Assembly: GCF_009914755.1 (NCBI RefSeq)
Contig: NC_060925.1
Source of the DNA: the human T2T-CHM13v2.0 reference genome, Homo sapiens
Length of the DNA stretch: 64,000 nt
Strand: one strand, 5' to 3'
The notes beneath the pieces were generated by a model that searched no databases, was not told the DNA's origin, and saw nothing but the letters and a program-made list of their open reading frames with translations. The position numbers and the translations under genes are program-made. Shown in pieces: positions 9,578 through 24,592 of the stretch. Numbering within the stretch: position 1 is the stretch's first letter; every line of letters begins with the position of its first letter.

Positions 9578-12500
9578 CTGAAACACCCACCCAACCAAGG
9601 TTAAAATGAGATTACTTTTGTCAAAGTTGCCACAGCACACTCATGCCAACCAACAGATAAATGAAAGATGCCTAGTGATTAACTTGAGGCAAAGACCTCA
9701 CTCTGTATACTTATTTCATGTAGTAAATGCATACCCAGTCAGTCCCATATACATTTTATTAGAGGCAACCAAACTACGTTTTTTACTTTAGGAGAACTTT
9801 TCTTTTTAAATCCTATAGCAAAGCAGATAAATTGAGATGCCAGGCTTCTAACCTCACCAGAACAAGCAATGTGTTTGCAGCACAGCAGGGATTTGAACAC
9901 ATGGGACAGGAAAGGGTGTTGGAAGATATCTCTTTTACCCCTCATCCCCAAACCTCCTTTTACCCCATATCAGTGAAACACTGCAGCTCTTCTCAAGTTC
10001 AAATCAGCACCAGAATGCAGTTCCATCCAGCCGGGTTGTGCAGCATCAGGCATGACCTCTGAAACAATTAGGCTCCACACTGCTAACGCTACAAAGATTA
10101 AACCCAACAACTTGAATTGCATGAGGGATTGGGGTGAGACAGTGATGGACAATGGAACTAAGATCCTCCCTGGGCTGGACAGGTAGAAATGCCACTAGAA
10201 ATATCAAGTGTGTCTCCAGTGAACTTTATTTTTAATATGAAGGCCTTTCTCTGCAGGAGGACGTTTGCTGAAACGTGATCTAAACTCACTTCAAGAAGAA
10301 AAGTACATGCCGGGAATTGAAACCAAGAGCTTTCTTTCCATCCTGGAGGCCCTTGGACCTCATGGAAGGTGACTCCTTTGAGCTTTGTTGCAGGTCAGCC
10401 ATAGCCTATGCAGTGTGCAAGGTGACACCTTCCTTAGGGGCTAGCGTCCCTTTCTGCTCCTTTCCCAGCCTGGACGTCCCCTGCTGTTCGCTTCGGTCTT
10501 TTTCGGCCTCCTCCCTGATGTGGCTTTGTTCTGTCTTCTGCTTAATGCCACAGGCTTTGGTTCCTGCCACCAAATGAGCCCTCCTATTGTTAAACTCTGA
10601 GTCTTTTTTTAGGCTATGCCTGCCTCCTCTGCACCCTTTACTCTTATTTTCATTTTATTGATTGCCTATGTGGTTTTTCTCCCAAAAATCTGAAAGTGGT
10701 ATGGGAGTCAGTCTGCCTAGTTCTCTCTTCTTCCTTGTTTTCCCCAAGATAACCGCAAAGTCCCTTTTGGTTTTAAGGGTTTACTGTTAATAACTACAAA
10801 AAAGCCCAAACCTAGCAGTGACAATAAATACAGTGAAGTCACAAACTTAAAAAATCCTTCAAAGTTTCTGTAGCATTGGTCTCTAGGCTATAATTATGGC
10901 TCCCCTTCAAGATGGTAACTGAAAACTACGTTTGATTTCTGTTCCCTGTTTTTATTTTTAAAACTGAAGCCCACTAAACCCTTCTGTCCCTAACACACAT
11001 ACATCGTCCACCCTTTAGTTAGCGCATGAACCGTGTCCATCCCTGAGGACCTTCCACACTAAGTGGTCTTCATCTGCCTTGAACTCCACCTCATGGCAAT
11101 GGGTCCTTTGGATATAAATATTTCAGCAAACATTTAATCTCTACCTAAGTTCCCATCTTTAGGATCCCAATTTAATTTGGTCCTTCAGCTTATTTACACC
11201 AAGGGACTAATAACTACTTTCTATGTTACCTATCTAGAGGCATTTTCATTTTCAAAAATTGGGAGAGGAAAATAAATAAAGAAAATACAGGAATGACACT
11301 CTGGTTGGGGATCCTTAGGCATCACAGTCACAGGTGAGAAGAGAAACTGACCAATACACTTGAATTGTCCCAAGGCTAGGGATGGAAAAATACTAGCTCA
11401 GCTTTGTCTCTGTCCACTGTTAGAGGCTTTTAATATTAATGTAAATTATAGTTAATTGTAGTTAAGAGCTGCTCCACCACATTTATACTGAGATCAGAAG
11501 AATCTGGGTTATAAAATGGAATCTAAATTCCAATGGATGTGAATTATGGTTAAATAGACTTGAGAGGAGCCAAATCAAAGAGCTGCCATCTGGCATTCAG
11601 TCTGGCATCCAATTAGTGCTAAGGGGCACCCAGTTTGCTCAGCACTGTTCTAGGCACCCAACAGAATCAGACAGCGCCTTTGCCCTTTATGAACTTAATT
11701 GAGGATGCACAATAGACAAATATAAAATCAATGCTTGATTATACACACTAATGTTGAAAAGCAATGATGCAGATAATCAAAAGCAGCAGATCATCTGAAA
11801 ATTACACATGCCCTCCTCGCTCCATGTCTGTGGGAAGCAAAGAGAAAGAGTAAAAAAGCAGCACCAGGCAGCACAAGCAGAATAACGATGCGTCGGGCAA
11901 TAATTTGCATCACAGCAACTGTCTTGGCAAACTGGTGGGAGCGAATGTTTTGTATGTTTAATTATATGTGTTGGTTAAAAGATATAACTGTTTAATATAT
12001 ATCCGTTGTATTGGGGTTTTAAAAAATTCAGAGAATAGAGTCACTTGTTCAGAGAAAGCCTGAGGGAGATGATGATAACAATCGCAACAACAAAACAACA
12101 GATAAAAGTTGGGGCTTTGGATTTGGGCTATGGTGACTTCACTAAAATATTTTTTCACTTGGTATTTTATGGTTTATAGACTTATTAAAAGAATTGGTTA
12201 AATAAGAACTGTCACCTTAATTTTTCAGTCTATTTCAGACTGAGAGAGTTGACTCAAGCCTATATCAAGAATTCTCTTGATTCAAAATACGCTAGCATCC
12301 AGTGGCCTTTATGCTAAACAAGGCCTTACTGTGTCCAAATCCCTCTGTGTGTCAGAGCACCTGAAATGACGTAGTAAAAGAAGAGTGGTGATCTTCAGGC
12401 TCTAGCCTCCCTTTACTGAGGCCCTGACCCCTGCCTCTTCCCCTCTGTGACTGACTTCATCCATTCTGCTGAGGATGCCTGCTTCTTCTGCCCCAAGTGA

Positions 12501-13184
12501 AAAGGAGGTCTTCCTGCCCAGTGCAATGGCTCTTGAAGCCTGGGCCAATTGCTAAATGTTTGCAACTCTATTGATCTCTGAGATGAGCTGGGCAAAACAG
12601 AGTTGGTGAAATCCTTAAGTAATGGCCCAGAAACGTAGCTCATCTGCCCCTCATGCTGGAATCTGAGATCTGGTTTCTGTCCTCCCACTTTCCTCATATT
12701 AGAATGTGGGACTTCCTGGACACTTCTCCAAGGGAGTTGAAGACAGACTGTTCTCACCTTTCTTGGGGTTCTTCAAAGTTCCCATCACAGCTCTTCCCGA
12801 GTGACTTGGGAGACTTCATGAAAATAGAACCCCATGTAACCAGCTGTGGCATCACAGAATTCCTGAGGTAACTATGCAGATTAGACCCCTCTATGATCCT
12901 GGGCGACTTTAATTTAAGGCAGTGTGCTAATTAAGTACTAAAATGAGTGGTACAGGCAGCAAGTGCAAAGGGAGTTCAGAGTGGGGAGAAAGTTCATGTC
13001 CCTCAGTTCAATTTATAAAGAAGGCCAAGGAATTTCATTCTCTTTGCCTTTGAGATTTCTCCTCAATCCCTTCTTAAGCAGACCACCATCACTACCACCC
13101 CCCCATACACACACACACCATACCCTTGCTCTGTCCTTAGCTATGGGAGGGCTCCCAATCCAATCCCTGAAACCAGGCCACTGA

Positions 13185-13305
13185 AGTGAAATTCATTTAT
13201 TTGGCAAGTATACAATGAGCACCTACTATGTGTCAGGCATTGTGCTTGACTCGGGAATATAAAAATTAATAAGATGCCCTTGCTGCCTTCATGAAGCCTA
13301 TAGAG
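13185..13305 (-). mobile_element. L2 3' end
   Basis: attcatttatttggcaagtatacaatgagcacctactatgtgtcaggcattgtgct. Confidence 0.75.
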
Positions 13306-13724
13306 GAGGTGAGGGGTGGGTAAGCGCGTTAGCAAATCGCTGAGGTTCAGGTGAGAAGTGCTTCAACTGCGGCATGGGCAGGCTCCTGGGGAGGCAGAGG
13401 AAGGACCAGACATAGAGGAACTGGCAGGAGACACCACCCTGACTACTGCAGGTACAGGCAAATGATACTCTCTCACAACTTTTAAACTTTTGAACCCAGA
13501 AAACCCTCTGAAAGGCAAAACACGGAACAAAAGTACAGGAGGGTGATACACATAAATTTGATGTACAAGTGGGGGGAAGAAGATGTCAGACTTTTTAAAA
13601 GAAGAGCTAAAAGGGGATTCAGGTATAGTGATAAAACATTAAGCACCTTTCTGATGCTTTGTGAACAATAAAAGGCACATTCCAGTTAGCATATTTATAC
13701 TAAAACATGCAATAAACATGAATA

Positions 13725-14040
13725 GGCCAGTGTGATGGCTCACATCTGTAATCTCAGCACTTCGGGAGGCCACAGCAGGAGGATTGCTTGAGCAATGGAG
13801 TTCAAGACCAGTCTGGACAACACAGAGAGACCCCACCTCTATAAAAAAAGTTTTTTTAATTAGCCAGGTATGGTGGTGCACACCTGTAGTCCCAGCTATT
13901 CGGGAGCTGAGGTGAGTGAATCACTTGAGCACAGGAGCTTGAGGCTGCAGTGGGCTGTGATTGCACCACCACATTCCAGCCTAGGCAACAGAACAAGACC
14001 CTGTCTCAAAAAGAAAAAAAAAAAAAAAGGAAAGAAAAGA
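13725..14040 (+). mobile_element. Alu, AluJ-like, full length
   Basis: Dimeric Alu with J-type diagnostics (ggaggattgcttgag, gaggctgcagtg, agaccctgtctc) and A-tail. Confidence 0.95.
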
Positions 14041-14769
14041 CACCAAAAATCAACAACAAAAACCCCTTCTAGGCTGAGAGTCTTCTCTGACTCTGGAAAA
14101 ATAAATGATCACAAAGGTCACAATCTTTTGTAGATGGGTAGGATAAATTATCTGATGAATTGCAAATGAAAACTTTCCCAAAAGATGTCAGCAACACATG
14201 TGTCTTACTTAATGGCTTGTTAAAATTATATAAGTGCACACGTACCACACACACACACATACACATCTCCTGTCATGTCTCGGCTAACAATCTGATCAAG
14301 TTCTATATATGTCTACATACATCTCCTGTCACAAGGCTTAATGGATTTGACTAAGGGCCTGCTTCAGGTTTCCTCATCCAGCACTCCATCAACCACTAAA
14401 ACTGGAATTCTGATTGATGGCACAACCCATTTAAATGCAGCCCTAACCCTGGTTAGATTTTTTCCTGGAAAAGCCTGAAGTCTGGCTACAACTTGCCCTT
14501 ACCATCGAGCAAGGCTACAGTCCTCCAAGAGAGCAGAGAAAAGGTATATATCATGCATGGACCACATGTGCACCCCGGGAAAGGAACTGAATTTGAGACC
14601 TCACCCACGAGTTCACTATTAACCTGGGACAATGAGGTGACCCCAATAAACAGAATTAATGTGGGGTGGATCATTAGAATTCAGATTCCTCATCAGGACT
14701 GAAGAAGAATGGAAAACGACCAGCCAAAGGAGACACCATTTATAGCAGCACTATACAGAGATCTCCTCA

Positions 14770-15122
<353 letters not shown>

Positions 15123-15416
15123 AAAAAGCCAGCATCTGAATATCTGCTAAAACCAAAGACATTCAAAACCAGAGACAACCACTTGGGCTTAAACTCGCTG
15201 CTTTCTCACCATCTTTGTATATAATCACAAAATTCCCCTCTTAAGGTATATTGCTTGGGACAATTATACAAAAGAACACACTTTGGGAAATACTGACCTG
15301 CACCCATCATTCCCTCTCCTGCCCTTCATGCCTCAACAGTCTTGTTCCCTACATCACCATTCTATTGACACAGCCCTTGTTAAGGTCACTGGTTATATCT
15401 GCAGCCCTCTTGCTTC

Positions 15417-15660
15417 TTTTTTAAATTTTTAATTAACATAAAAATTGTATATATTTATGGGGTAAATATCACAACAGTGGTGTTGTGATACATATAATGT
15501 ATGGTGATCAGATCAGGATAATTAGCCTCTCCATCACCTCAAACATTTATTATTCCTTTGTGCTGAAAACATTCAATATCCCCCTTTTATCATTTGAGAC
15601 TATGTACTACATTATTAACTATAGTCATTCTGCAATGGTAGAGACCACTAGAACTTACTC
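15417..15660 (-). mobile_element. L1MA (L1MA5/6-like) 3' UTR fragment
   Basis: T-tail then aattgtatatatttatggggta...gatcagatcaggataattagc..tccatcacctcaaacattt. Homologous to the 3' end of the in-window L1MA at ~31.5-31.75 kb. Confidence 0.85.
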
Positions 15661-15753
15661 TGGTCCTCTTTTTGGGGGGCATTTGACAGTGTTGATCACT
15701 TCCTCCTTCTTGAAATGTAATCTTTGACTTTTGTGGCAGAAATTCTGTTCTAG

Positions 15754-16242
<489 letters not shown>

Positions 16243-16284
16243 TAAGCAAAATAAAAATATACAAGAGATGGCCTTTCCCAGTTC

Positions 16285-16574
16285 TCCCTAATGAATTCAG
16301 TTATTTTAATATTCAATTATTTGAAGGATATATTGGTTACAATGAAGTAAAAAAAGAAGCAGTGTCCTAAACAACTACTCCCAATGTCAGGTTCCGAATG
16401 CTGGCCTGGTGAAACTCTAGTGATACGGAGGATGGGAATGGTCCTTCTTGAATCACACCCCGGAGTCTTCTTCGAGAGCAAGTTAAGGAGTCTAATGCAA
16501 TATGAAACTCATCCAAACAAGCAGTCCCCACATCCCACATCTTGTAACAGGGATTCAATCTTCTTGTAAGGGAC
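16285..16574 (-). other. Candidate 3'-terminal exon (unverified)
   Basis: CAG|G acceptor at 16575-16576 with a weak pyrimidine tract. Four retained CpGs in ~80 bp. ATTAAA at 16305-16310 and a downstream U-rich tract. Confidence 0.25.
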
Positions 16575-19079
16575 CTGATTACAACAGCATACAATGCTCA
16601 CTACATTGCTTCAGAAATGAAAACTGGAAGAGTGATTTTCATGGTCTCTATCATAAACACATAGAAAGAACTTAATACAAGTGTGGCAAGATAACAATTT
16701 GAGATTTTAACTGTGGTTCCTTCACAGTTCCAATGACTTTATTTGTCCTTTCTTCTCTTATTCAGTAGAAATATCCATTTACCTCAAGAGAAGATTGTTA
16801 CAACAGAAATACAAAAGGACAGTATTGCTTTTGAGACTCAATAGTGTCTTGATATGATTGCTGGAGAAAACCATCTGAGAAAAAGGTTTTTCTGTTCCAA
16901 AATCTTGACTTTTGAGTATCAAAAGCAAAAGTTTTGAAAGATTCTGAGACTAAAGTTTATTCTGTACAAACACATGCTTGGGGAAAACAGGAAGCATTAG
17001 ACCACTCTATCTAACTAGGTAAAAATTCCACCAGGTGGGGTGAGCGAAGATCATCAGAAAGGAGGAAAATAGTGTAGAGGCCAAGGGTTCTCTGAGATAA
17101 AGCCCTGTCCTATACCCTATGCCAAGTTTTAGGAAAGGGGATGTTAAAAAGTGCCAGAATTATTTGAGAATCTAAGATCAGAGAGCATCTTGGCCCTGAG
17201 TCAGATAGGGCCCAGGAAAGCACCAGGATCCCCACTCATATGAGGCAGTGTGGATGCATACAAAGGAAGGTCCTGATGTCACTAGCACCCCCGAATTTCT
17301 CTGTCCTCAAAGTGCCTTTAGGGAAACATACAGAATTTTCCCACATACTCAAGAGATATAAGAAAGTGGCCCAGAGAGTACTTGTGCATCCAAAGCAGCC
17401 TCCCAGTTTCCACAAGGAAGGGGTAGAATGATCCAAGTGGGACTCTCTGCAGACCATATAAAAATGCATAATTCTCAGGATGCCAGGGGGAAATGGGGCA
17501 ATGACCGAAGACCAGACACCACCCCAACCATGAGGTCTGATGCTACATAAACTCCTGGAAACTCAGAAGATATTTCAAGGAGAAAGGTAGGAGAAGGAAA
17601 ACTCTAAATTGACCAGGTGCATCCTGAATTGCTCTATATTAAATTTTCTTATCCATGAAAATATGATGTAATAAATTTAAATTATGAAAAAGTAGATGAA
17701 TTTACATTTTGACACACTTGAATTTGTGGACTTAGAATTTGAAACTCCTACATGTGTTTTTGCTTCTGTGAATGTTTAATATATACAGTAGAGCCATCAA
17801 GGTTGTGACTAATCTTATATGATGTCCAGACCCCTCAGGCAAGCCCAACACATCAGTCAGTCTGACTAAATCTTCAAGTTTTAGAAGCCCTAATATCAGC
17901 ATAACTTTCAACATCCCACTCTCTTTCCTCAGAAGATATTCCAGATGAACAGAAAGTGAGAAATGGCGGTAAATACTGGATAGGGTGGGCAGAGTCTCTC
18001 TCCCACATCCACAAATGGTCCTAGAGCCATAGCCTGAATGTTATGGTATCTATACACCTTTAAAAAACAAAAACAAAAACTGTTGGGCAGAATGGGAAAA
18101 CTGCACAGAATGAGCAATTATACAAATCCCTTCAGGGACACTTGTTCTGCTGCTTTCTGCCTCGGAGCTGCTGCTGAGTTGGGAGAAGAGGGCATCCTTA
18201 GCTCAGAACTGCTGGCAGTAGTGCTTCCCTCCCCTAGCCCAGTCCTACTGCTGTGGCTGCTGTTGCAGCTCAGCCTGTGGCAACTGCTCCCTTCTCCCTG
18301 TGCCTCTGCCCTCACCTCCCCCATCTTCCAGCCTCCTCAGGAAAAGCTGCAGAATCAGGAACTCTGTACCCTCCCACTTGGTCAAGCCACTCCTCTTCAG
18401 CATCCCAGGTCCCAGGGCTTCTCAGCTGCTCTCTGCAGGTGCATTGGAAGCTCATCTAGGATCTTATTGGATAAGATCTGTCCTGCTGCTACTCCTCCAA
18501 CTATGATACAAACTTGACTTTCTCAAGGCATTTGCTAAGACAGAGGAGTCAATGAAAGCAAAAGAGCTTAGGGCTTGGCATTTGAGGTTATACCTTCCTA
18601 TGAATTTCAATGTAAAGAATCACACTCTCTCAGAACCTAAGCAGGAGTTTCATCACCAAAACAAACAAACAAAAAACTCCAGGATATTCTTGACCAGCTT
18701 ATACTCCCTTGAGGTACAGTGAGGATTAAGTTAATTTTGATTAATGAGAAAAAAATCCATGGGTATAATGTTTAAATGGAAGTTATTACATGTTTCAACA
18801 TTAAACCTGAAAGAGGCTCTCTGCTGCTTGAAGTAAGTGAGAAATAGGTAGTGTAGTTGAATTAAAGATATATTAATCTTTTCTAAAATAACTAATCACA
18901 GCTGGGACAGGTATAGGGTTTAGGGAAAACAAAGACTGCCTTGAATGTTTTATATCCAAATTTAAATGAAGTGTTTGCAAGCTCATTAACTTTAATACTA
19001 GCAACTTGCTTGCATCTGTTTTTTTTTATTCCATCTTGAATAGAAAAAAAAAAGGTTGATGAATTTTGCAGTCAGAGAA

Positions 19080-19705
19080 TCCATTTCACCAACATTAATG
19101 GGGCATTCACCATGGGCCAGGCAATGCTGGGGATACAAAGACGATCAAAACACAGGACAAGTATACAGAGAACTCAAAACTCTCAAAGGATGCATACCCA
19201 CAAATGTGTATAATATAATGGGGAAATGGTATAACAGTTATCAGAGTATTATACAATGGTAATCCAGGGAAAGGAGCAATTAATACACCTAGGGGTGTGT
19301 CAAGGAAGAATAGAGAGAAGTAGGTAACACTAAAACTAAGACCTCTTGGGGCATTGGGAGTTTCTCCAGCAGGTAAGTGGAGAAAAACATTCTTGCCAGA
19401 AGGAACCACAGACAAAATCATGGAGATATGACATCTTGGTATGGTTTGGAAAACTTTGGCTAAAGCCCAGGGTACATGGGGCAGTGTGGTAGTATGAGAT
19501 GCTAGAGAAGCAGACCGGGGCCTCATACAGGAAGAGGTCTGTGTGCCAAGCCAAATAATCTGGTTTTCATCCTGTGGAGTCATTAATTATTTTAATCAGG
19601 GTAGTGACTTGATTAGAAGAATGATGAGGGGCTCAGACAGAAAGAAACCATCTGGGAGGGAAGCTGTTGCAATAGTAATGGCAAGATGGGAAAAAGAAAC
19701 CGTAA
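19080..19705 (-). mobile_element. L2 LINE 3' fragment
   Basis: caacattaatggggcattc...ccaggcaatgctggggatacaaag...gaggtctgtgtgccaagccaa...gaagctgttgcaatagt. Confidence 0.75.
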
Positions 19706-19794
19706 TTTTTTTCTGCTTTAATATATACTCAGGAGAATGCCTTCTCCACCCCCCAAAAACTGATTAAAACATTTATCACTGGACTAACATAAAA

Positions 19795-19876
19795 TATTGT
19801 TTGAATCACACAAAATTTCATTTTTGTATATCAACAATAGTTGAGCATCAGCAATTTCATATAGTTCAATTTAATA
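19795..19876 (-). mobile_element. MADE2 mariner MITE
   Basis: ~80-bp TA-flanked near-palindrome ending gcaatttcatatagttcaatttaata. Related to the copy at 47597. Confidence 0.75.
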
Positions 19877-20505
19877 TAAAATGACTGCCCATAAGCTACT
19901 CTGCATTTAGGAGAGATACAAGGAGCACACATCTTAGAAGAATTAAATTTCTAGTACTAAGGATCATATCTGTGTAACTTGCTTTATACATTACCTACAA
20001 CAGAATTGCCTATAGCTAGATTCTTAATGCTGTGATAAGGGAAAAAAGTCTGTCAAAAATATTGCTTGGAAGTTTGCTATTTCTTCTGGCTTCTCTTTGT
20101 TGTTTGTTTATTTAGAAGTGTGTTATAGAAGAAAGAAAAATATCATGATGTAGGTAGAATGGGAAAGACAAAGGAAAATGAGAGTCAAGGTGGTAGGAAG
20201 AAGGGAGAAATAAACTGAGGGCAGAGTTTGCCGACTACAACCAGAGAAGAGGACAGTTACCTTGCAGGGGTGGACTAGCCTGAAGAAATTCAGAGTCTCT
20301 CTGGATTCCAGCTGGAGAGAGGAAAGGAAAATAAAGCCAGTGATGAGCATAGAGGAAAGGCACGTGCATGGAGCTTATGGGGAGAGGAAAGGACTTGGGA
20401 AGATTTGGGGTGAATATAAATATCTCTTCTACCACAGATGCAGCATGACTTGGTTTGAATCCAGTCTCAGTTACATTAGCCCCCACCACACATATGAACG
20501 TGCAC

Positions 20506-20551
20506 GCACACACACACACACACACACCCTGCCCCCCCCCCACACACACAC
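20506..20551. repeat. (CA)n interrupted by a C-run
   Basis: Direct reading. Confidence 0.9.
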
Positions 20552-21394
20552 ATTCCCACCACAAATCCAATCACTGATTTGTGAAACTCGACATCTCCCT
20601 GTTCTTAAAGAATAGTTTCTTTGTTCAATTTACTCTTCCAGCTCAGGATATATAGAATTAATTTCCCTAGCTCTGGTCATCTCTCTCTCTGCACCCTAAA
20701 TAACAAATCAGTCTCTCTCTCTCGCTGTCTCACTTGCTCTGGTCTCACTTAAATGTACACACACACATACACACATACATACACAGATCCTCTTTGACTG
20801 AAAATTAACATTAAACTGTTCTATTCAAGGAACCAAGACTCTGCTATCACACCCAAAGAAGTGACAAGTTGCAATTTCCCACCATGTGGTGCTACCCAGA
20901 GCGGGAAAGAAAGGGGAACACTCTAGAGGGGCGGGATGCAAGTGGGCCGGGTAATGTGGAGGTTATGTTCTCATACTCCCCCACCACCACAGCCACCCCT
21001 CACCCATGCCATATGGAGTGCTGCACCTGTTCAGAGAAATGAACTTAGAGCACACCCTCTTAGCTGTCCCCTGGAACCAAAAACATTTACAACCTATAGA
21101 GGGAGTAAGTGGTCCCAAATCAAAGAGAATTTCCAGATCAAGAGAAAATTTCGAAGAGCCAGCATCCTGCTGGGTTTCAAGGTCAGGTCCTATCGTTTGA
21201 ATTCCTCCCTTACTCACCTAGATCTATACCCAAAGCTAAACTCAAGGAGCCACCGTGACCCAACGTTTATAAGGGTGGAGTGTTGTGGCAGAGGCCGTAC
21301 TGAAGGATTCCTAATGAGAAACCCTGTGATAGATTCAGAGCCTGCAGTTGCAGAGATTCTTCTGTTCTGATACCCTAAAAGGCACTGCTAGGTT

Positions 21395-21792
21395 TCTAGG
21401 TTGCAAAATTGGCCACAGTATTTTACTGCTTCTCCCACAAGAAGAGGTCTATTTCCCTAACCCTTGAATCTGGCTGACTTGGTGACTGGGTTTGACTAAA
21501 AGTGTTACAGTGTGAGTTCTGAGCCTGGCCACATGGTGGTCATGAACAAGGTCAGCTAACCTGCTGGATGACAAGAGACAAATGGCCTACCATCTTAGCC
21601 AACAGCCATCTGATTACCAGATAATGTGAGTGAGACATTAACTGCCAATGGAATCTAGACGCAGGAGTGAGGCCAGGTGAGATCAGCAGAAATTCCCCAG
21701 CTGATCTTAACTCAAATTGTGAGCTGTAAGGCAGTTGTTGTTTAAAGCCAGTAAATTTTAGAGTGGTTTGTTACCCTACAAAAACTGATAGA
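21395..21792 (+). mobile_element. MaLR solo LTR, MLT1G/H-like
   Basis: ggtctatttccctaacccttgaatctggctg...ccccagctga...ttgttgtttaaagccagtaaattttagagtggtttgttac. Confidence 0.75.
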
Positions 21793-21932
21793 AAACTAAT
21801 TGGAAACGATGCATAATAAAAACCTTATTTAGAATCCCTACAGAAGAGTATCATCATCCAGAGGGGAAAAAAACCTGAATTTTCCAAAGAAGATTAATGA
21901 ATTTTCTGTTTTAACCATCTGAAGTAGAAATT

Positions 21933-23374
<1,442 letters not shown>

Positions 23375-23799
23375 GTAGAAATTTTTCTAAAGGCATTTAG
23401 TATTCTTTTAACAAAAGAAATAGAACATAGTTTAACCTTTCTTCAGGTTCTTTGGGCTTCCATAAAATGGAGATAAAATGTTCCCACGGTGCTACGGGCA
23501 CATAATGACTTTAAAGCACTAGCGAGGTCTATGAAAGCCAGAGTGGTATGAATTGTTCTCAATGATGTCATCTATTATTTTTTATTATTTTACTTTTTAC
23601 ATTTATAAAAATGTGGTGATCTTTAACAATGTCAAATAAATCATGACTTGTATTTTACTACTGATATCGCTGATTTGATGTTCTATCGTATTCCCAACAT
23701 TTACAATGTCTTTTCCATTGTATTTCAGGAAAATTAAGAGTAGGTACTAGAAGAGGGGGCACCATAATGATGTAAGTAACTTAATGACAAAAACTGAAA

Positions 23800-24592
23800 A
23801 AATAAGCTGAATTGGTTAAAACCATAGAAAAACTATGACTTAAGACTGACACTAAGGAACCATTAAGGAAAATTAAGTAGTTAATATATTTCTGCAAAAT
23901 ATTGAAAAAAACTAATGCAGGAGTACATAAAAAATGTGATGCCAGAAATGGAATGGTAGTTATGCTTCAGAACATTTAAAAGCAAATCAACTTACTAACA
24001 TATTAAAGTACTAAAACCACATCTTTAGGCCAATAGATGCAAAAGTAAGCACTTGGTAATATTCAGCCCCAATCATAATAACAAACTAGAACTACAAAGA
24101 AACTTTCTTAACCTGATAAAGCCCAGCCACCCCAACTCTACAGATGATTCTTAAATATGAAACATTAGAATAATTTCATTTTAAACCAGAAAAAGGATAC
24201 AACCATACCTGACTTATTCAACATGCTACTAAATGTTCTAACTATTGCAATAAAATAAGGAAAATATTAGAATTGGAAAAGGAACAAAGCTGTCTTTTTT
24301 TATAGATGTTATGGTTGTCTACAAAGAAACCCACAATAATTTAGAGATACAATGTTAGAAATTTTTTAAAGTTTAACAAACTTGTTAAACATATAATTAA
24401 TATACAAAAACAATTTGATTTCTACACAGCAGTGACAATTACTTTTTAAACCACTTTTAAAGATATTCTATACAGCAGCAAAAATGAAGGTAACTGTTAA
24501 GGATTTTTAAGATGTTTATGGAGAAAATTTTAAAGCTTTACTGAAAAACAGTAAAAAAGACCTAAATAAGTAAATACATACATATGTGTGTG

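Noticed and set aside
16395-16470. Loose resemblance to 5S rRNA/AmnSINE head (ggcctggt…ggatggga)
   Set aside because: Only two short words match, with wrong spacing.
16509-16545. DVGCG resembling methyltransferase motif I
   Set aside because: A stop follows five codons later and no Rossmann-fold context is present.
18038-18517. 159-aa Leu-rich ORF and overlapping ORFs
   Set aside because: Low-complexity CTG/CT-rich sequence is naturally stop-poor. Several frames on both strands are open at once.
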